The position numbers were made by a program, and so were the translations under genes. Below are positions 26,924 through 36,906 of a DNA stretch of 64,000 nucleotides, in pieces. Source of the stretch: Thermodesulfobacteriota bacterium (GTDB lineage: Bacteria; Desulfobacterota; Desulfobulbia; Desulfobulbales; SURF-16); assembly GCA_039714595.1 (NCBI GenBank), contig JBDLJA010000008.1, positions 6,565 through 70,564 on the forward strand, given 5' to 3'. Each line of letters begins with the position of its first letter. Positions within the stretch are counted from its first letter, which is position 1. The notes below the pieces were generated by a model, which did no database searches, had not been told where the DNA came from, and worked only from the letters and a program-made list of their open reading frames with translations.

Positions 26924-27790
26924 TTACTCCTTGGCCTCAGGCGCAGCCGCCTCAGGAGCAGCCGCCTCAGGAGCAGCCGCCTCAGGAGCAGCCGCTTCAG
27001 GAGCAGCCGCTTCAGGAGCAGCAGCCTCCGCCGGGGCAGCAGCGGCCTCGGTGTTGGCCTCGGCCATGGCAGTGGCGATGTCGGCGTCGGTCTCAACCGA
27101 CTCACCGCGGCGGGCCTTGCCGGCCATGGCCGCGTTAGCCATCTTGGTGGTTATCAATTTAATTGATTTGATGGCGTCATCGTTACCCGGGATGATGTAA
27201 TCGATGCCGTCCGGGTCACAGTTGGTATCGGTGAGGGCCACAACCGGGATGCCCAGGCGGTTCGCCTCGTCAATGGCAATCTTCTCCCGATGGGGGTCGA
27301 TGACAAAGATGGCTGAAGGCAGGGCCTTCATCTCTTTAATGCCGCCCAGGTTACGCTGCAGCTTAACCAGGTCCTTTTTAAGGCCCAAGGCCTCTTTCTT
27401 CTTGTACAGGTTGATGGAACCATCATCCTCCATGGCCTGGATCTTCTTCATCCGGTCCACGGACTTCTTGATGGTCTGATAGTTGGTCATCATGCCACCC
27501 AGCCAGCGGTGGTTGACAAAGAACATGCCGGAGCGAGCGGCCTCTTCCTTGATGGTCTCCTGGGCCTGGCGTTTGGTGCCGACAAACATAACAGTGCCGC
27601 CACTGGCAACGGTGTCGGCAATGAAGTTGTACGCCTCGTTGAACAGGGGCAGGGTCTTGTCCAGGTTAACGATATATATCTTGTTGCGGGCCCCGAAGAT
27701 ATACGGTTTCATCTTGGGGTTCCAGCGCCGGGTCTGATGGCCGAAGTGCATGCCTGCGGCCAGCATCTCTTTCATGGTGATGTTGCTCAT
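26924..27790 (-). CDS. rpsB: 30S ribosomal protein S2 with Ala/Pro/Glu-repeat C-terminal extension
   Basis: [19 protein letters not shown] start and a conserved S2 core. The tail is ...(AAAPE)x6-7...AKE. Confidence 0.95.
   Translation of the reverse strand: MSNITMKEMLAAGMHFGHQTRRWNPKMKPYIFGARNKIYIVNLDKTLPLFNEAYNFIADTVASGGTVMFVGTKRQAQETIKEEAARSGMFFVNHRWLGGMMTNYQTIKKSVDRMKKIQAMEDDGSINLYKKKEALGLKKDLVKLQRNLGGIKEMKALPSAIFVIDPHREKIAIDEANRLGIPVVALTDTNCDPDGIDYIIPGNDDAIKSIKLITTKMANAAMAGKARRGESVETDADIATAMAEANTEAAAAPAEAAAPEAAAPEAAAPEAAAPEAAAPEAAAPEAKE
26933..27022 (-). repeat. 15-bp in-frame tandem repeat (about 6 copies) encoding AAAPE units
   Basis: GCCTCAGGAGCAGCC-type unit repeated head to tail. 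It generates long ORFs in several frames of the track. Confidence 0.9.
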
Positions 27791-27951
27791 CTTGTTTTAA
27801 CTCCTGTTTTTGGTTGTTCGTCCATCCTGTCTCCCAACCCCTGTTGGGGCACCAGTGGGAAAAGTTAGGATGTGAGATTTTGGCAATGGCAAACAGTGAC
27901 ATTGCCTTAAGTTGACCCTGTGCCATTTGCCAGGGCCTATAAAACCAGAAA

Positions 27952-27980
27952 CTTTTACCATTGCTCAGCTGAAATTGCAA
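27952..27980 (-). promoter_or_regulatory. predicted sigma-70 promoter for rpsB
   Basis: On the minus strand, TTGCAA, 17-nt spacer, TAAAAG. This would give a leader of about 155 nt containing the hairpin CCCCAAC-AGG-GGTTGGG. Confidence 0.45.
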
Positions 27981-28350
27981 GGGAGTCATGGCCTGGCTCT
28001 TTGCCTATTTCGCAAAAAAACTTGTGAAATTTTTTGCTTTGGCGACTTGGCCCGTTCAGGCCCCCAATAAGACGGCCCTGGTTGGCGTTTGCTCGGCCCT
28101 GGGGCTTTTGGCTTCTCCGCTACCATCTGGACCAGCTCAAGGGCTGAGCGCCAAGGTTTTCAGCCTTGGCCTGCGGAGGGAAGATGAAAAGGTGGGTGAT
28201 CTGACCCTGACCAGGGTGGCCGGTATCTTTTGAGATGGGCTGACACTGCTGGCCCATGGGGGTGATCTGGCGGCAGGGTTCGCTCTGCTCCGGAACCAGG
28301 CCCCCAGCCCTGCGCCATTAGCCTGAATCTCCTGATCTGCTTACTGCCGG

Positions 28351-29451
28351 TTAATACGGTTGCCAGGGCCTATTTTGGGCCCTGGCAACCTGTTCGTTGG
28401 TAAGACGCCCGCCTTGGCTATTAATGCCCCGGGCCAGGGCCGGATCCTTCTCGGCCGCCGTTGCCAGCCCCTGGTTGGCAATGGCCAGGGCATAGGGCAG
28501 GGTGACGTTGGTCAGGCCAAAGGTGGCGGTGCGCGGCACCGCCCCCGGCATATTGGCCACACAGTAGTGGTTAATGCCAGCCACCTGATAGACTGGGTCG
28601 GAGTGATAGGTGGGCTGGCTTGTCTCGCAGCAGCCCCCCTGGTCAATGGCCACGTCAACGATCAGCGAGCCCTTTTTCATCAAGCCCAGCATGGCCCGGC
28701 TGATCAGCTTGGGGGCGCTGCCCCCCGGCACCAGGACCCCGCCGATTACCAGATCCGCCTTGGAAAGTTCCCTTTCGATATTGGCCTGGTTGCTCACCAG
28801 GGTGGTGAGGCGGCCATGGTGGATGGTCGCCAGCTCGTCAAGGCGGGCCATATTGCGGGCCACGATGGTGGTCCGGGCCCCCAGACCCATGGCCATCAGG
28901 GCCGCGTTACTGGCCACCGTGCCACTGCCTAAGATGGTGACATGGCCCGGTTTGACGCCGGGCAGCCCAGCCAGCAGGACGCCGCTGCCCCCGGCTGGAC
29001 GTTCGAGAAAGTGGGCCCCCACCTGGACGGCCATGCGGCCCGCCACCTGGCTCATGGGGACCAGCAGGGGCAGGGAGCCGTCGGCCAGCTGCACCGTCTC
29101 ATAGCCAATGGCCGTCACCTGGCGGGCCAGCAGCTGTTCGGTGAGTTCCGGCTCCGGGGCCAGGTGGAGATAGGTGTAGATGATCAGGTCCTGCCGGAGA
29201 AAGGGGTACTCCGGGGGCAGCGGTTCTTTGACCTTGATGATCATCTGGGCCCTTTGCCACACCTCTTCTGCCTTGGCGACAATCTCGGCCCCGGCCGCCT
29301 GGTACTCGCCGTCGCTGATGCCGCTGCCCAGCCCCGCGCCCTGTTCAATAAGGACCCCATGACCATTGCTGGTCAAGGATCTGACTCCGGCCGGTACCAC
29401 TGCCACCCGATACTCTTCCGTCTTGATCTCCCTGGGGACGCCGATGATCAT
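28351..29451 (-). CDS. ald: alanine dehydrogenase
   Basis: MIIGVPREIKTEEYRVAVVPAGV and the NAD motif ILGSGTVASNAA. Confidence 0.9.
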   Translation of the reverse strand: MIIGVPREIKTEEYRVAVVPAGVRSLTSNGHGVLIEQGAGLGSGISDGEYQAAGAEIVAKAEEVWQRAQMIIKVKEPLPPEYPFLRQDLIIYTYLHLAPEPELTEQLLARQVTAIGYETVQLADGSLPLLVPMSQVAGRMAVQVGAHFLERPAGGSGVLLAGLPGVKPGHVTILGSGTVASNAALMAMGLGARTTIVARNMARLDELATIHHGRLTTLVSNQANIERELSKADLVIGGVLVPGGSAPKLISRAMLGLMKKGSLIVDVAIDQGGCCETSQPTYHSDPVYQVAGINHYCVANMPGAVPRTATFGLTNVTLPYALAIANQGLATAAEKDPALARGINSQGGRLTNEQVARAQNRPWQPY

Positions 29452-29530
29452 TTTTCTTACCTTGGTTTTTGGCTCTCTGCGTGAATAGTTGGGCGGGGTT
29501 TTACTCTGGCGAGTGAAAATGGCTCTGGGC

Positions 29531-29989
29531 TTACTGGTGCCAGGCGATGATCAGCTCCCCCTGCCGTTCCTTGATCTTGTGGGCCACCTTGGCCTCCACC
29601 AGAACGTAGGAGGCGTCATCCTTGACAATGGCCAGCTGGCCCCGGCTCAAGCCCTCCACCTGGTTACCAGAGACCTGCAGACGCTTGATCTTGTTATCCT
29701 CGACAAAGTGGTAGAACTCTTCGGGTTGCTCTATCTCCAGGCCATGGTCGGCAATGAGTTGTCTGGCCTGGGCCTTTTTCTCCTCTTCCTGGCGCTGTTG
29801 CTGGAGCTTACGGTTCAGCTCCTGGTTCTGCCGCTCCTGGGCCTTCTTGGCCGCCATGGCCTCATTGGCTTTTTGTTTGCTGGCGTCCTTATTGGGACGT
29901 TTTACCCTTTTTTCGTGTTTGGCTTTTTTTACCTGCTTCTTGTTGACCAGGCCGGCCTTGAGGAATTGGTCCTGGAAGGGGTTGCCCAT
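29531..29989 (-). CDS. DUF2058 (YaiL-like) family protein
   Basis: MGNPFQDQFLKAGLVNKKQVKKAKHEKR, a Lys-rich coiled region, and a conserved C-terminal domain. Confidence 0.65.
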   Translation of the reverse strand: MGNPFQDQFLKAGLVNKKQVKKAKHEKRVKRPNKDASKQKANEAMAAKKAQERQNQELNRKLQQQRQEEEKKAQARQLIADHGLEIEQPEEFYHFVEDNKIKRLQVSGNQVEGLSRGQLAIVKDDASYVLVEAKVAHKIKERQGELIIAWHQ

Positions 29990-30288
29990 GATGAAGGTCC
30001 TTTTGGCTTATTTTGTTGATTTTTTTTATTCCTTTTAAAGCTAAATCGTAGTCTGGAAATTGTCGTCTGTAAACCCCATAACTCCCCTGCTACTCCTGGG
30101 CCTCTTGGCGGCGGCAGGGGGGAGGGTGTGTTAAATTTATCCTGTAATATTAATGGGTTATTTGTGGGTAGCTGGTTGCTTCCGGCAAATGGTATTGAAT
30201 TGCTGGACTTAGGTCTTCTTTATTTTATACACTCTTGGACAAATATCGTCTGAATGGCCAATCTTGGTTGAAAATGAGGAGGAAAAAA

Positions 30289-31569
30289 ATGAAAGGGAAG
30301 GTTCTGGCGTTTGCCGCTGCCCTGCTGCTGACCGTGGCAGGCAGTTCCATGGCTAAGGATAAATGTGTCTCTTGCCACACCAAGATTTCACCGGGCCAGG
30401 TCAAGGATTGGCAGGTGAGTAAACACGCCGACAATGATGTGGGCTGCGCCACCTGTCACGGTGATAAGCACAAGAGCGCCAAGGATTATAAGAAGGCGGT
30501 GCTGCCCTCTGAGCAAGTCTGTCAGGAATGCCATGAGGAGCAGTTTGAGCAGTTCAGCAAGGGTAAGCATAACTTCGGTTGGACCTCGATGAACGCCATT
30601 CCCGCCACCCATATCGCCCCGGATGAGCTGATGGAAGGTGGTGGAGGTTGCGGTGGTTGCCATAATATGGGGATCAAGACCGAGGCCCAGAAGAAGGAGC
30701 AGCGCGACAAGGGCTACCGTTACCAGAACAACTCCTGTGACGAGTGTCATACCCGCCACTCATTCTCCAAGAAAGAGGCCTTAGATCCCAAGGCGTGTCA
30801 GCAATGTCACATGGGCTATGACCATCCCCAGTGGGAGATGTGGTCCAGTTCCAAGCATGGCACGCGCTATCTCTCCCAACAGGCCGGTAACCTGCCTAAG
30901 GGCGCCGTGGCCCCCAAATGCCAGGATTGCCACATGAAGGATGGCAGCCACAACAACCATACGGCCTGGGGTTTCTTAGGCGTCCGTCTGCCCCTGCCGG
31001 AGGATCCGCAGTGGAAGGCGGATCAGATCACCATTTTGAAGGCCCTGGCGGTGTTGAATCCGGAGACCGGTAAGCCTGGCCCTATTTATGATGCCGTTGG
31101 CGCGCTTGATCTGGCCCGGACCAGCAAGGAGGCCTTTGATAAAGAGCGGAACAAGATGATTGGTATCTGCTCCCAGTGCCACTCCGAAAAGTATGTCAAG
31201 GAGCGTCTCGCCTTGGGTGATTCCATGATGCCAAAACTTGACCGGATGATGGCCGAGGGCATTGAAACCGTAGCGGCCCTCTATAAAGATGGCCTGATTA
31301 AAAAGCCGGCCGACTATCCCTTCAACTACCCCTTCCTGTTAACCTTCATGGAGACAGGCGGTGTCGCGGCTCGCAAAGATTTCGATAAGTTGTCCTATAT
31401 CGATCAGGTGCTGTGCCAGATGTATATGAAGCATCGCATGCGGGCCTACCAGGGTTTCTTCCACGTCAACCCTGACTATGCCTACTGGTATGGTTATGCG
31501 GAGATGACCAAGGACCTGGGCGAGATCAAAGAGCTGGCCAAGACCATGCGCGCCACCCATAAGAAGTAA
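30289..31569 (+). CDS. periplasmic octaheme c-type cytochrome, hydroxylamine oxidoreductase (HAO)-like
   Basis: Signal peptide. Eight CxxCH motifs (CVSCH, CATCH, CQECH, CGGCH, CDECH, CQQCH, CQDCH, CSQCH). HAO-like CHMGYDHPQWEMWSSSKHG and C-terminal HVNPDYAYWYG. Start set at ATG 30289, after GAGGAGG. Confidence 0.65.
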   Translation: MKGKVLAFAAALLLTVAGSSMAKDKCVSCHTKISPGQVKDWQVSKHADNDVGCATCHGDKHKSAKDYKKAVLPSEQVCQECHEEQFEQFSKGKHNFGWTSMNAIPATHIAPDELMEGGGGCGGCHNMGIKTEAQKKEQRDKGYRYQNNSCDECHTRHSFSKKEALDPKACQQCHMGYDHPQWEMWSSSKHGTRYLSQQAGNLPKGAVAPKCQDCHMKDGSHNNHTAWGFLGVRLPLPEDPQWKADQITILKALAVLNPETGKPGPIYDAVGALDLARTSKEAFDKERNKMIGICSQCHSEKYVKERLALGDSMMPKLDRMMAEGIETVAALYKDGLIKKPADYPFNYPFLLTFMETGGVAARKDFDKLSYIDQVLCQMYMKHRMRAYQGFFHVNPDYAYWYGYAEMTKDLGEIKELAKTMRATHKK

Positions 31570-31598
31570 GATAGTAAGGTTAGATTGATATCCCTGGG

Positions 31599-31633
31599 GG
31601 GGGGATGGGGGAGACCCCGTCCCCCCTTTTTTT
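31599..31633 (+). terminator. rho-independent terminator after the cytochrome gene
   Basis: GGGGGGATGGGG / CCCCGTCCCCCC stem followed by T7. Confidence 0.8.
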
Positions 31634-31802
31634 ATCTGGCGCCTGTGGCAGGGGCGGCCTGAAATAATTTATTTATATTTATCAATAGGTTATATTGCCT
31701 GGCTGCTGCTAAAATCTTAACGTAATCCGCCACTCCTTGGGCCCGGGAGGCGTCGGCGTCTTTGCCATAAATTGGCCTGAACAAATGGTTGGCTAGAAAA
31801 AC

Positions 31803-32600
31803 ATGTCCCCCCTGATTCTCCTCGCATACGCCCTCACGGGGGGTATTGCCGGTCTGCTGGCCGGATTGCTGGGGATTGGCGGCGGCCTGGTTATCGTGCC
31901 CCTGCTCCTCCTGCTCTTTAGCTGGCAGGGTATGGAGTCGGAGTATGTCATGCATCTGGCCCTGGGCACCTCCCTGGCCACCATTGTCTTTACCGCCGCT
32001 GCCAGCGCTTATGCCCATCATCACCATGGGGCCGTGCGCTGGCCCCTGGTTGCGAAGATAAGCCCCGGGATTATCTGCGGGACCCTGGCGGGGAGCTGGC
32101 TTGCGGCCCGTCTGGCCACCGGTCCCCTCCAGCTCTTCTTCGCCGCCTTTCTTTTCCTGGTGGCCCTGCAGCTGCTCCTGGAGATCAGGCCAGTGGTGAC
32201 CCGCTCCCTGCCGGGGCCGGGGGGAATGTTTGGCGCCGGCGGCGTGGTGGGGCTTATCTCCAGTCTGGCTGGCATTGGTGGCGGTTCAATGACCGTACCC
32301 TTTCTTCTCTGGAGTAAGATTCCCATCCATCAGGCCATTGGTACGGCCGCCGCCATTGGCCTGCCCCTTGGCCTGGCCGGCACCGGCGGCTATGTGATAA
32401 ATGGTTGGCAGCTGGCAGGACTTCCCCCTCTTGCCGTGGGCTTTGTCTATCTGCCGGCCATGTTGGTGATTTCCGCCGCAACGGTTGTCACCGCCCCCCT
32501 GGGCGCCTCTCTGGCCCACAGCCTCTCTGGGCCGGGGATGCGGCGAATCTTTGCTGTACTGCTTATAATTGTCGCCACCAAGATGGTGCTTACGAGGTAA
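31803..32600 (+). CDS. TSUP (TauE/SafE) family anion exporter
   Basis: 265 aa, polytopic. GGIAGLLAGLLGIGGGLVIVPLL, with a repeated GIGGG motif in the second half. Confidence 0.8.
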   Translation: MSPLILLAYALTGGIAGLLAGLLGIGGGLVIVPLLLLLFSWQGMESEYVMHLALGTSLATIVFTAAASAYAHHHHGAVRWPLVAKISPGIICGTLAGSWLAARLATGPLQLFFAAFLFLVALQLLLEIRPVVTRSLPGPGGMFGAGGVVGLISSLAGIGGGSMTVPFLLWSKIPIHQAIGTAAAIGLPLGLAGTGGYVINGWQLAGLPPLAVGFVYLPAMLVISAATVVTAPLGASLAHSLSGPGMRRIFAVLLIIVATKMVLTR

Positions 32601-32615
32601 TAAGAGGAAGAGACT

Positions 32616-33581
32616 ATGAAGATGAATAGACGCGGTTTTCTGGCCGGCACTGCTGCCGCGGCCGTGGCCATGGGCCTGCCGAAACCACCCGCGGCCCGGG
32701 CCGGCATTAAGGCTGACTCCTGGGCCTCAATAATTGATTTGACCCTCTGTGACGGTTGCCAGGACAAGGAGGAACCCCTCTGCGTAAGCTCCTGCCGGGC
32801 AGGGAACGGCCACCGTTTTCCGGAACCGGCCGAAGATCAGCTGCGCGATTACTGGCCCCAGAAGAGTCATGAGGACTGGTCATCCAGGCGTCAGGTGAAT
32901 GACCAGCTCACCCCCTATAACTGGATCTTTGTCCAGCAGGTGGAGGTGGCCGGGGAGAAGGTTTCTATCCCTAGGCGCTGCATGCACTGTGACAACCCGC
33001 CCTGCGTCAAGCTCTGCCCCTTTGGCGTGAATCACAAGAGCCCGGAGGGGCCGGTCTATATCGATCCTAAACTATGCTTTGGCGGGGCCAAGTGCCGCAC
33101 CGTCTGCCCCTGGCAGGTGCCCCAGCGTCAGGCCGGGGTGGGGATCTATACCAACTGGCAGAAACTGCTGCCGGTGGGGGGTGGGGTGATGTTTAAATGC
33201 GACCTGTGCCGCAAGCGGCTGGCCGAGGAAAAAACGCCTTTCTGTATGGAAAAATGTCCCAAAAAGGCGATGCGCGTGGGCCAGAGGCAGGAGATGTTGG
33301 CCGAAGCCCAGCGTTTGCGGGACAGTTATAACGGTTTCCTCTATGGCGTCGATGAAAATGGCGGCACCTCCACCTTTTATGTCTCCAAGGTGGACTTTAA
33401 AGAGCTGAATCAGGCCCTGGCCGACCAGGCGTCTGAGGAAAAGGGGCTTATGCCCCTGCATGAGCCGGAAAATATGCTGGCCAAACAAAAAGGGCTGGCC
33501 GCGTTAAGCCTTGCGGCCCCGCTGGCCGGGGGCTTAGCGGCCTTTGTCATGGCAGGCAAGGGCAAGGAGGTGAACAAATGA
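32616..33581 (+). CDS. Tat-exported 4Fe-4S ferredoxin-type subunit with C-terminal membrane anchor (FdnH/HybA-like)
   Basis: Twin-arginine signal MNRRGFLAG. Cys clusters CMHCDNPPCVKLCP, CFGGAKCRTVCP and CDLCRKR..FCMEKCP. C-terminal hydrophobic helix LAALSLAAPLAGGLAAFVMA. Confidence 0.7.
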   Translation: MKMNRRGFLAGTAAAAVAMGLPKPPAARAGIKADSWASIIDLTLCDGCQDKEEPLCVSSCRAGNGHRFPEPAEDQLRDYWPQKSHEDWSSRRQVNDQLTPYNWIFVQQVEVAGEKVSIPRRCMHCDNPPCVKLCPFGVNHKSPEGPVYIDPKLCFGGAKCRTVCPWQVPQRQAGVGIYTNWQKLLPVGGGVMFKCDLCRKRLAEEKTPFCMEKCPKKAMRVGQRQEMLAEAQRLRDSYNGFLYGVDENGGTSTFYVSKVDFKELNQALADQASEEKGLMPLHEPENMLAKQKGLAALSLAAPLAGGLAAFVMAGKGKEVNK

Positions 33582-34225
33582 AAAAAGAAACCCTGTTGCG
33601 CCATCCCCTCACCGTGCGCCTCTGTCACTGGTCCATCGCCATCAGCGGCATCCTCCTGCTCTTTTCCGGCTTTGGCCAGATGCCCATGTATAAGCGTTAT
33701 AACATCGTTAAGATCCCCGGTCTCGCCTGGGCGGACCAGTATGCTCTCACCCTGGCCATCCATTACGTCACGGCGGCCATCTTCACCGCCGCCGTGGTCT
33801 ATCATCTGATCTACCACCTGCGGCGCCACGAATTTGCCATTATGCCGCGCCGGGGTGATGTGGCCGAGAGTATCCAGTCCGTCAAGGCGATGTTTCGCCT
33901 GGCGACCATGCCCCGTCATGAAAAATTTCAGGCCAAACAGCGGCTGGCCTACGGGGTGATCGGCATAAGCTCCCTGCTGCTCATCGTAACTGGCCTGATC
34001 AAGTCCTATAAAAACCTGGGCAATATTGTCTTGGAGCCCCTGTTCCTCCAGGCCATGACCATGCTCCATACCCTGTTTGGCATGATCTTCATGGCCCTCT
34101 TCCTGGCCCACGTGGGGGCATTGTTGTTGAAAGAGCATCGGCCCCTGGTGCCCTCCATGTTTTCCGGCCGGATCGCTAAGGAGTATGTTGATGAACACCT
34201 GCCAGGCTGGTCCGGGGATAGCTGA
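33578..34225 (+). CDS. membrane cytochrome b subunit (FdnI / Ni-Fe hydrogenase b-type family)
   Basis: HPLTVRLCHWSIAISGILLLFSGFG and four TM segments with conserved His. 4-nt overlap with the FeS gene. Confidence 0.7.
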   Translation: MKKETLLRHPLTVRLCHWSIAISGILLLFSGFGQMPMYKRYNIVKIPGLAWADQYALTLAIHYVTAAIFTAAVVYHLIYHLRRHEFAIMPRRGDVAESIQSVKAMFRLATMPRHEKFQAKQRLAYGVIGISSLLLIVTGLIKSYKNLGNIVLEPLFLQAMTMLHTLFGMIFMALFLAHVGALLLKEHRPLVPSMFSGRIAKEYVDEHLPGWSGDS

Positions 34226-34408
34226 GATTCTTTTTCTCCTAACTTTTCTTTTGAAATTCACGGGCTTAACCCTGGGGCGCCCTTAACCCTTTGATTGGAC
34301 GAAATTTTCCCTTGGTTGCTTTGGGAGGGGAGTGCTAGGCTCAATAATAGTAATCGCTGACCTGGAAATTTTTTCAGGGCTAACCTAATTATTGAGGGGA
34401 CTTCGTTG

Positions 34409-35437
34409 ATGGAAAAGCTGGCTAAACGGTTGAACTGTGGACTGCTGCTAAGTTTCATCCTGCTCTTTGTCGCAGGTTCTGTCCAGGCGGCCGAGCTGGC
34501 GGATAAAGAGATCCAGGCGGCCCTGGATAAGGCCTATGCCAAGTATAAGGGCTTAAAAGAGGGGAAGAACGCCGACTATATCCCGGTGCTGGCCAAGGTT
34601 GACTCTAATCTCTTCGGTATCGTCCTGGTGACCGTGGATGGCCGGGTGTTTAGCGCCGGTGATGTCAAGAGTGAGGTCTCCATCCAGTCGGTGGCCAAGG
34701 TGTTCACCATGGCCCTGGTCATGGAGGAGTCGGGACCCGCGGCCATTCGCGATAATCAGGGGGTGGACGCCACCGGCCAGCTCTTCAACTCCATCGTGGC
34801 CATTGAGCAGAATCAGGGGAAGGAGATGAATCCCCTGGTCAATGCCGGTGCCATCACGGCCACCAGCATGGTCAAGGGCAAGAACGGCAAGGCCCAGTGG
34901 GCCAGCATCAGCAAGATCTACAACGCCTTTGCCGGCCGCAAGCTCAAGGTGATGGCCGACGTCTATAAATCAGAATCAGAGACCAATCAGCGTAACCAGG
35001 CCATTGCCATGCTGATGCACGCCTACGGGGTGATCAAAAAAGATCCCTTAGTGGCCAACGATGTCTACACCCGCCAGGGCTCGGTGGGGGTCAACGCCAG
35101 GGATCTGGCCACCATGGTGGCCACCCTGGCCAATGGTGGGGTCAATCCCGTTACCAGGGAGAAGGTGGTTAGCGCCGCCAATGTCCCGGAGATCCTGGCC
35201 GTTATGGCCACGGCCGGCCTCTATGATGACGCGGGGAAATGGCTCTTCAGCACGGGGCTCCCCGCCAAAAGCGGGGTGGGGGGCGGAATTCTGGCCGCTT
35301 CGCCCGGCAAGTTCGGCATTGCCGCCATCTCACCCCCCTTGGATGCGGCCGGCAACTCGGTGCGGGCCCAGAGGGCCATTGCCGATATCTCCAACGCCCT
35401 GGGCGGCAACCCTTATGAGGTTAAACCCCTTAAATAA
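34409..35437 (+). CDS. glsA: glutaminase, secreted/periplasmic
   Basis: Signal peptide LLLSFILLFVAGSVQAAE. IQSVAKVF (S-x-x-K), NPLVNAGAI, and SGVGGGILA near the C-terminus. ATG 34409 has GAGGGGA upstream. Confidence 0.85.
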   Translation: MEKLAKRLNCGLLLSFILLFVAGSVQAAELADKEIQAALDKAYAKYKGLKEGKNADYIPVLAKVDSNLFGIVLVTVDGRVFSAGDVKSEVSIQSVAKVFTMALVMEESGPAAIRDNQGVDATGQLFNSIVAIEQNQGKEMNPLVNAGAITATSMVKGKNGKAQWASISKIYNAFAGRKLKVMADVYKSESETNQRNQAIAMLMHAYGVIKKDPLVANDVYTRQGSVGVNARDLATMVATLANGGVNPVTREKVVSAANVPEILAVMATAGLYDDAGKWLFSTGLPAKSGVGGGILAASPGKFGIAAISPPLDAAGNSVRAQRAIADISNALGGNPYEVKPLK

Positions 35438-35551
35438 CTTGAGTCTTTTCTTTTGGCGAGGTTGCCCGCAGCCCCTCAAATAACAGACCTGAAATCCAGA
35501 GGCCCCTTGGGCTTTTGGGCCAGAAAAGTTTAACCTGAGGAGAGAGTGATA

Positions 35552-36886
35552 ATGATCAAGGTTATAAGCTCCATCTGTTCTGTCGTGTTGCTGACAGCGG
35601 TGACTGGCCAGGCGGAAACAGCTGATCTGAACTATGGCGGCTGGCAGGTAAGTGGTGACGTGCGCATGGGCTGGCTCGACTACGACTATGGCAATCCCAC
35701 CGGGGACCCGGGGATTAATAAAGGTCATATCGACTCGGAAGGCTATTATCTCGTCCCCAAGCTGTCCCTTGCCACGCCGCACTATGGTGGTCTGCAGGCC
35801 AAGATGACCCTGGCTGGCGCCACCGACTTCGGGATCAATGATGAGGCCCATGAGCCGCGTAACTTCGTCTTTGACGGCACGGAGCTTGAGTCGTTCTTTC
35901 TCCTCCAGGAGGCGTACGTCACCTATAAGTCGGGGCGGCACGAGGCCCTGTTTGGCCGTTATGAGCTGGACACGCCGATGATCAACAAGGATGACTGGTA
36001 TATGCTGGCCGACACCTTCGGGGTGGCAAGCTATACAAACCGCGGCATTGACGATCTCATGCTCACCGGCGGCTATATCTACAGCATGGCCGGCGTCTGG
36101 GACAGTGGCGCCAACGGTACCGAATTTCACTCCATGCCGGATGCCAGCTTTGTTGATCCGGCCGACAAGGCCAGGGCCGACCATAGCGGTGTGCTTTTAG
36201 ACCGGGAGATGGCCAACGATCGCGGGGTGGTTTATGGCGGCGTCCGCTATGAGACTGACCGCCATGACCTGCAGCTCTGGGACTACTTCGCCATCGACCT
36301 GTACAACACCTTTTTCGCCCAGTATAACTGGCTGCATGGTCTTGCTGGCGGTTTCGACTATAACTTCGGCCTGCAGCTCATCGACTTCAAGGAGATGGGG
36401 AAATTGGCCGACCACAACACCACTGAGATCGACTGGACCCTGTATTCGGCCATGTTCGACGGTTCCTTCAAGGGCGGCTTCAACTTCGCCACCGGCCTCA
36501 GTAAGTACAGCGACGGCCCGGGGCAAGGGGCCACCCTGGGGGCCTGGGGTGGCTATCCCTACTTTGCCAACGGCATGATCTTCCACTTCTTTGAGGCGGG
36601 GAGTCTGCGAAATGCCGCCTCCTACAAGGGGCAGGTGGGCTATGACCTTGGCAAGCTGGGCGTCGAAGGGCTGGCCGCCTATCTGCGCTACACCTATTAT
36701 GAGCTGGACAGCCAATACTCCTTTGCCTCCAATGGCCTGGGCCAGGATGAGATGATACTGACCGGTGTCAGGCTCTCTTACACGGCCGATAACGGCGTCT
36801 ATTTTACCGGCACCTGGGAGAAGGTGGATCTGGACCATGAGCCCGAGACCGACTGCCTGCGCCTGATCGGCGGGGTTCGTTTCTAG
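35552..36886 (+). CDS. outer-membrane beta-barrel porin
   Basis: Signal peptide ...LLTAVTGQAETA. Alternating Tyr/Gly-rich beta-strand pattern. C-terminal ...LIGGVRF with terminal Phe. Family not resolved (OprD-like?). Confidence 0.6.
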   Translation: MIKVISSICSVVLLTAVTGQAETADLNYGGWQVSGDVRMGWLDYDYGNPTGDPGINKGHIDSEGYYLVPKLSLATPHYGGLQAKMTLAGATDFGINDEAHEPRNFVFDGTELESFFLLQEAYVTYKSGRHEALFGRYELDTPMINKDDWYMLADTFGVASYTNRGIDDLMLTGGYIYSMAGVWDSGANGTEFHSMPDASFVDPADKARADHSGVLLDREMANDRGVVYGGVRYETDRHDLQLWDYFAIDLYNTFFAQYNWLHGLAGGFDYNFGLQLIDFKEMGKLADHNTTEIDWTLYSAMFDGSFKGGFNFATGLSKYSDGPGQGATLGAWGGYPYFANGMIFHFFEAGSLRNAASYKGQVGYDLGKLGVEGLAAYLRYTYYELDSQYSFASNGLGQDEMILTGVRLSYTADNGVYFTGTWEKVDLDHEPETDCLRLIGGVRF

Positions 36887-36906
36887 TTTGTGGAGTTGCT
36901 TTAGGT

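Noticed and set aside
27988-28233. 81-aa plus-strand ORF in the 560-bp gap between rpsB and ald
   Set aside because: It has no RBS and a non-protein-like composition. The region is better explained as the ald 3' region plus the predicted rpsB promoter and long leader on the minus strand.
34226-34408. Glutamine-responsive (glnA-type) riboswitch upstream of the glutaminase gene
   Set aside because: There is only a loose GGACGAAA resemblance, and no convincing conserved stems by eye. Not supportable without an Infernal scan.
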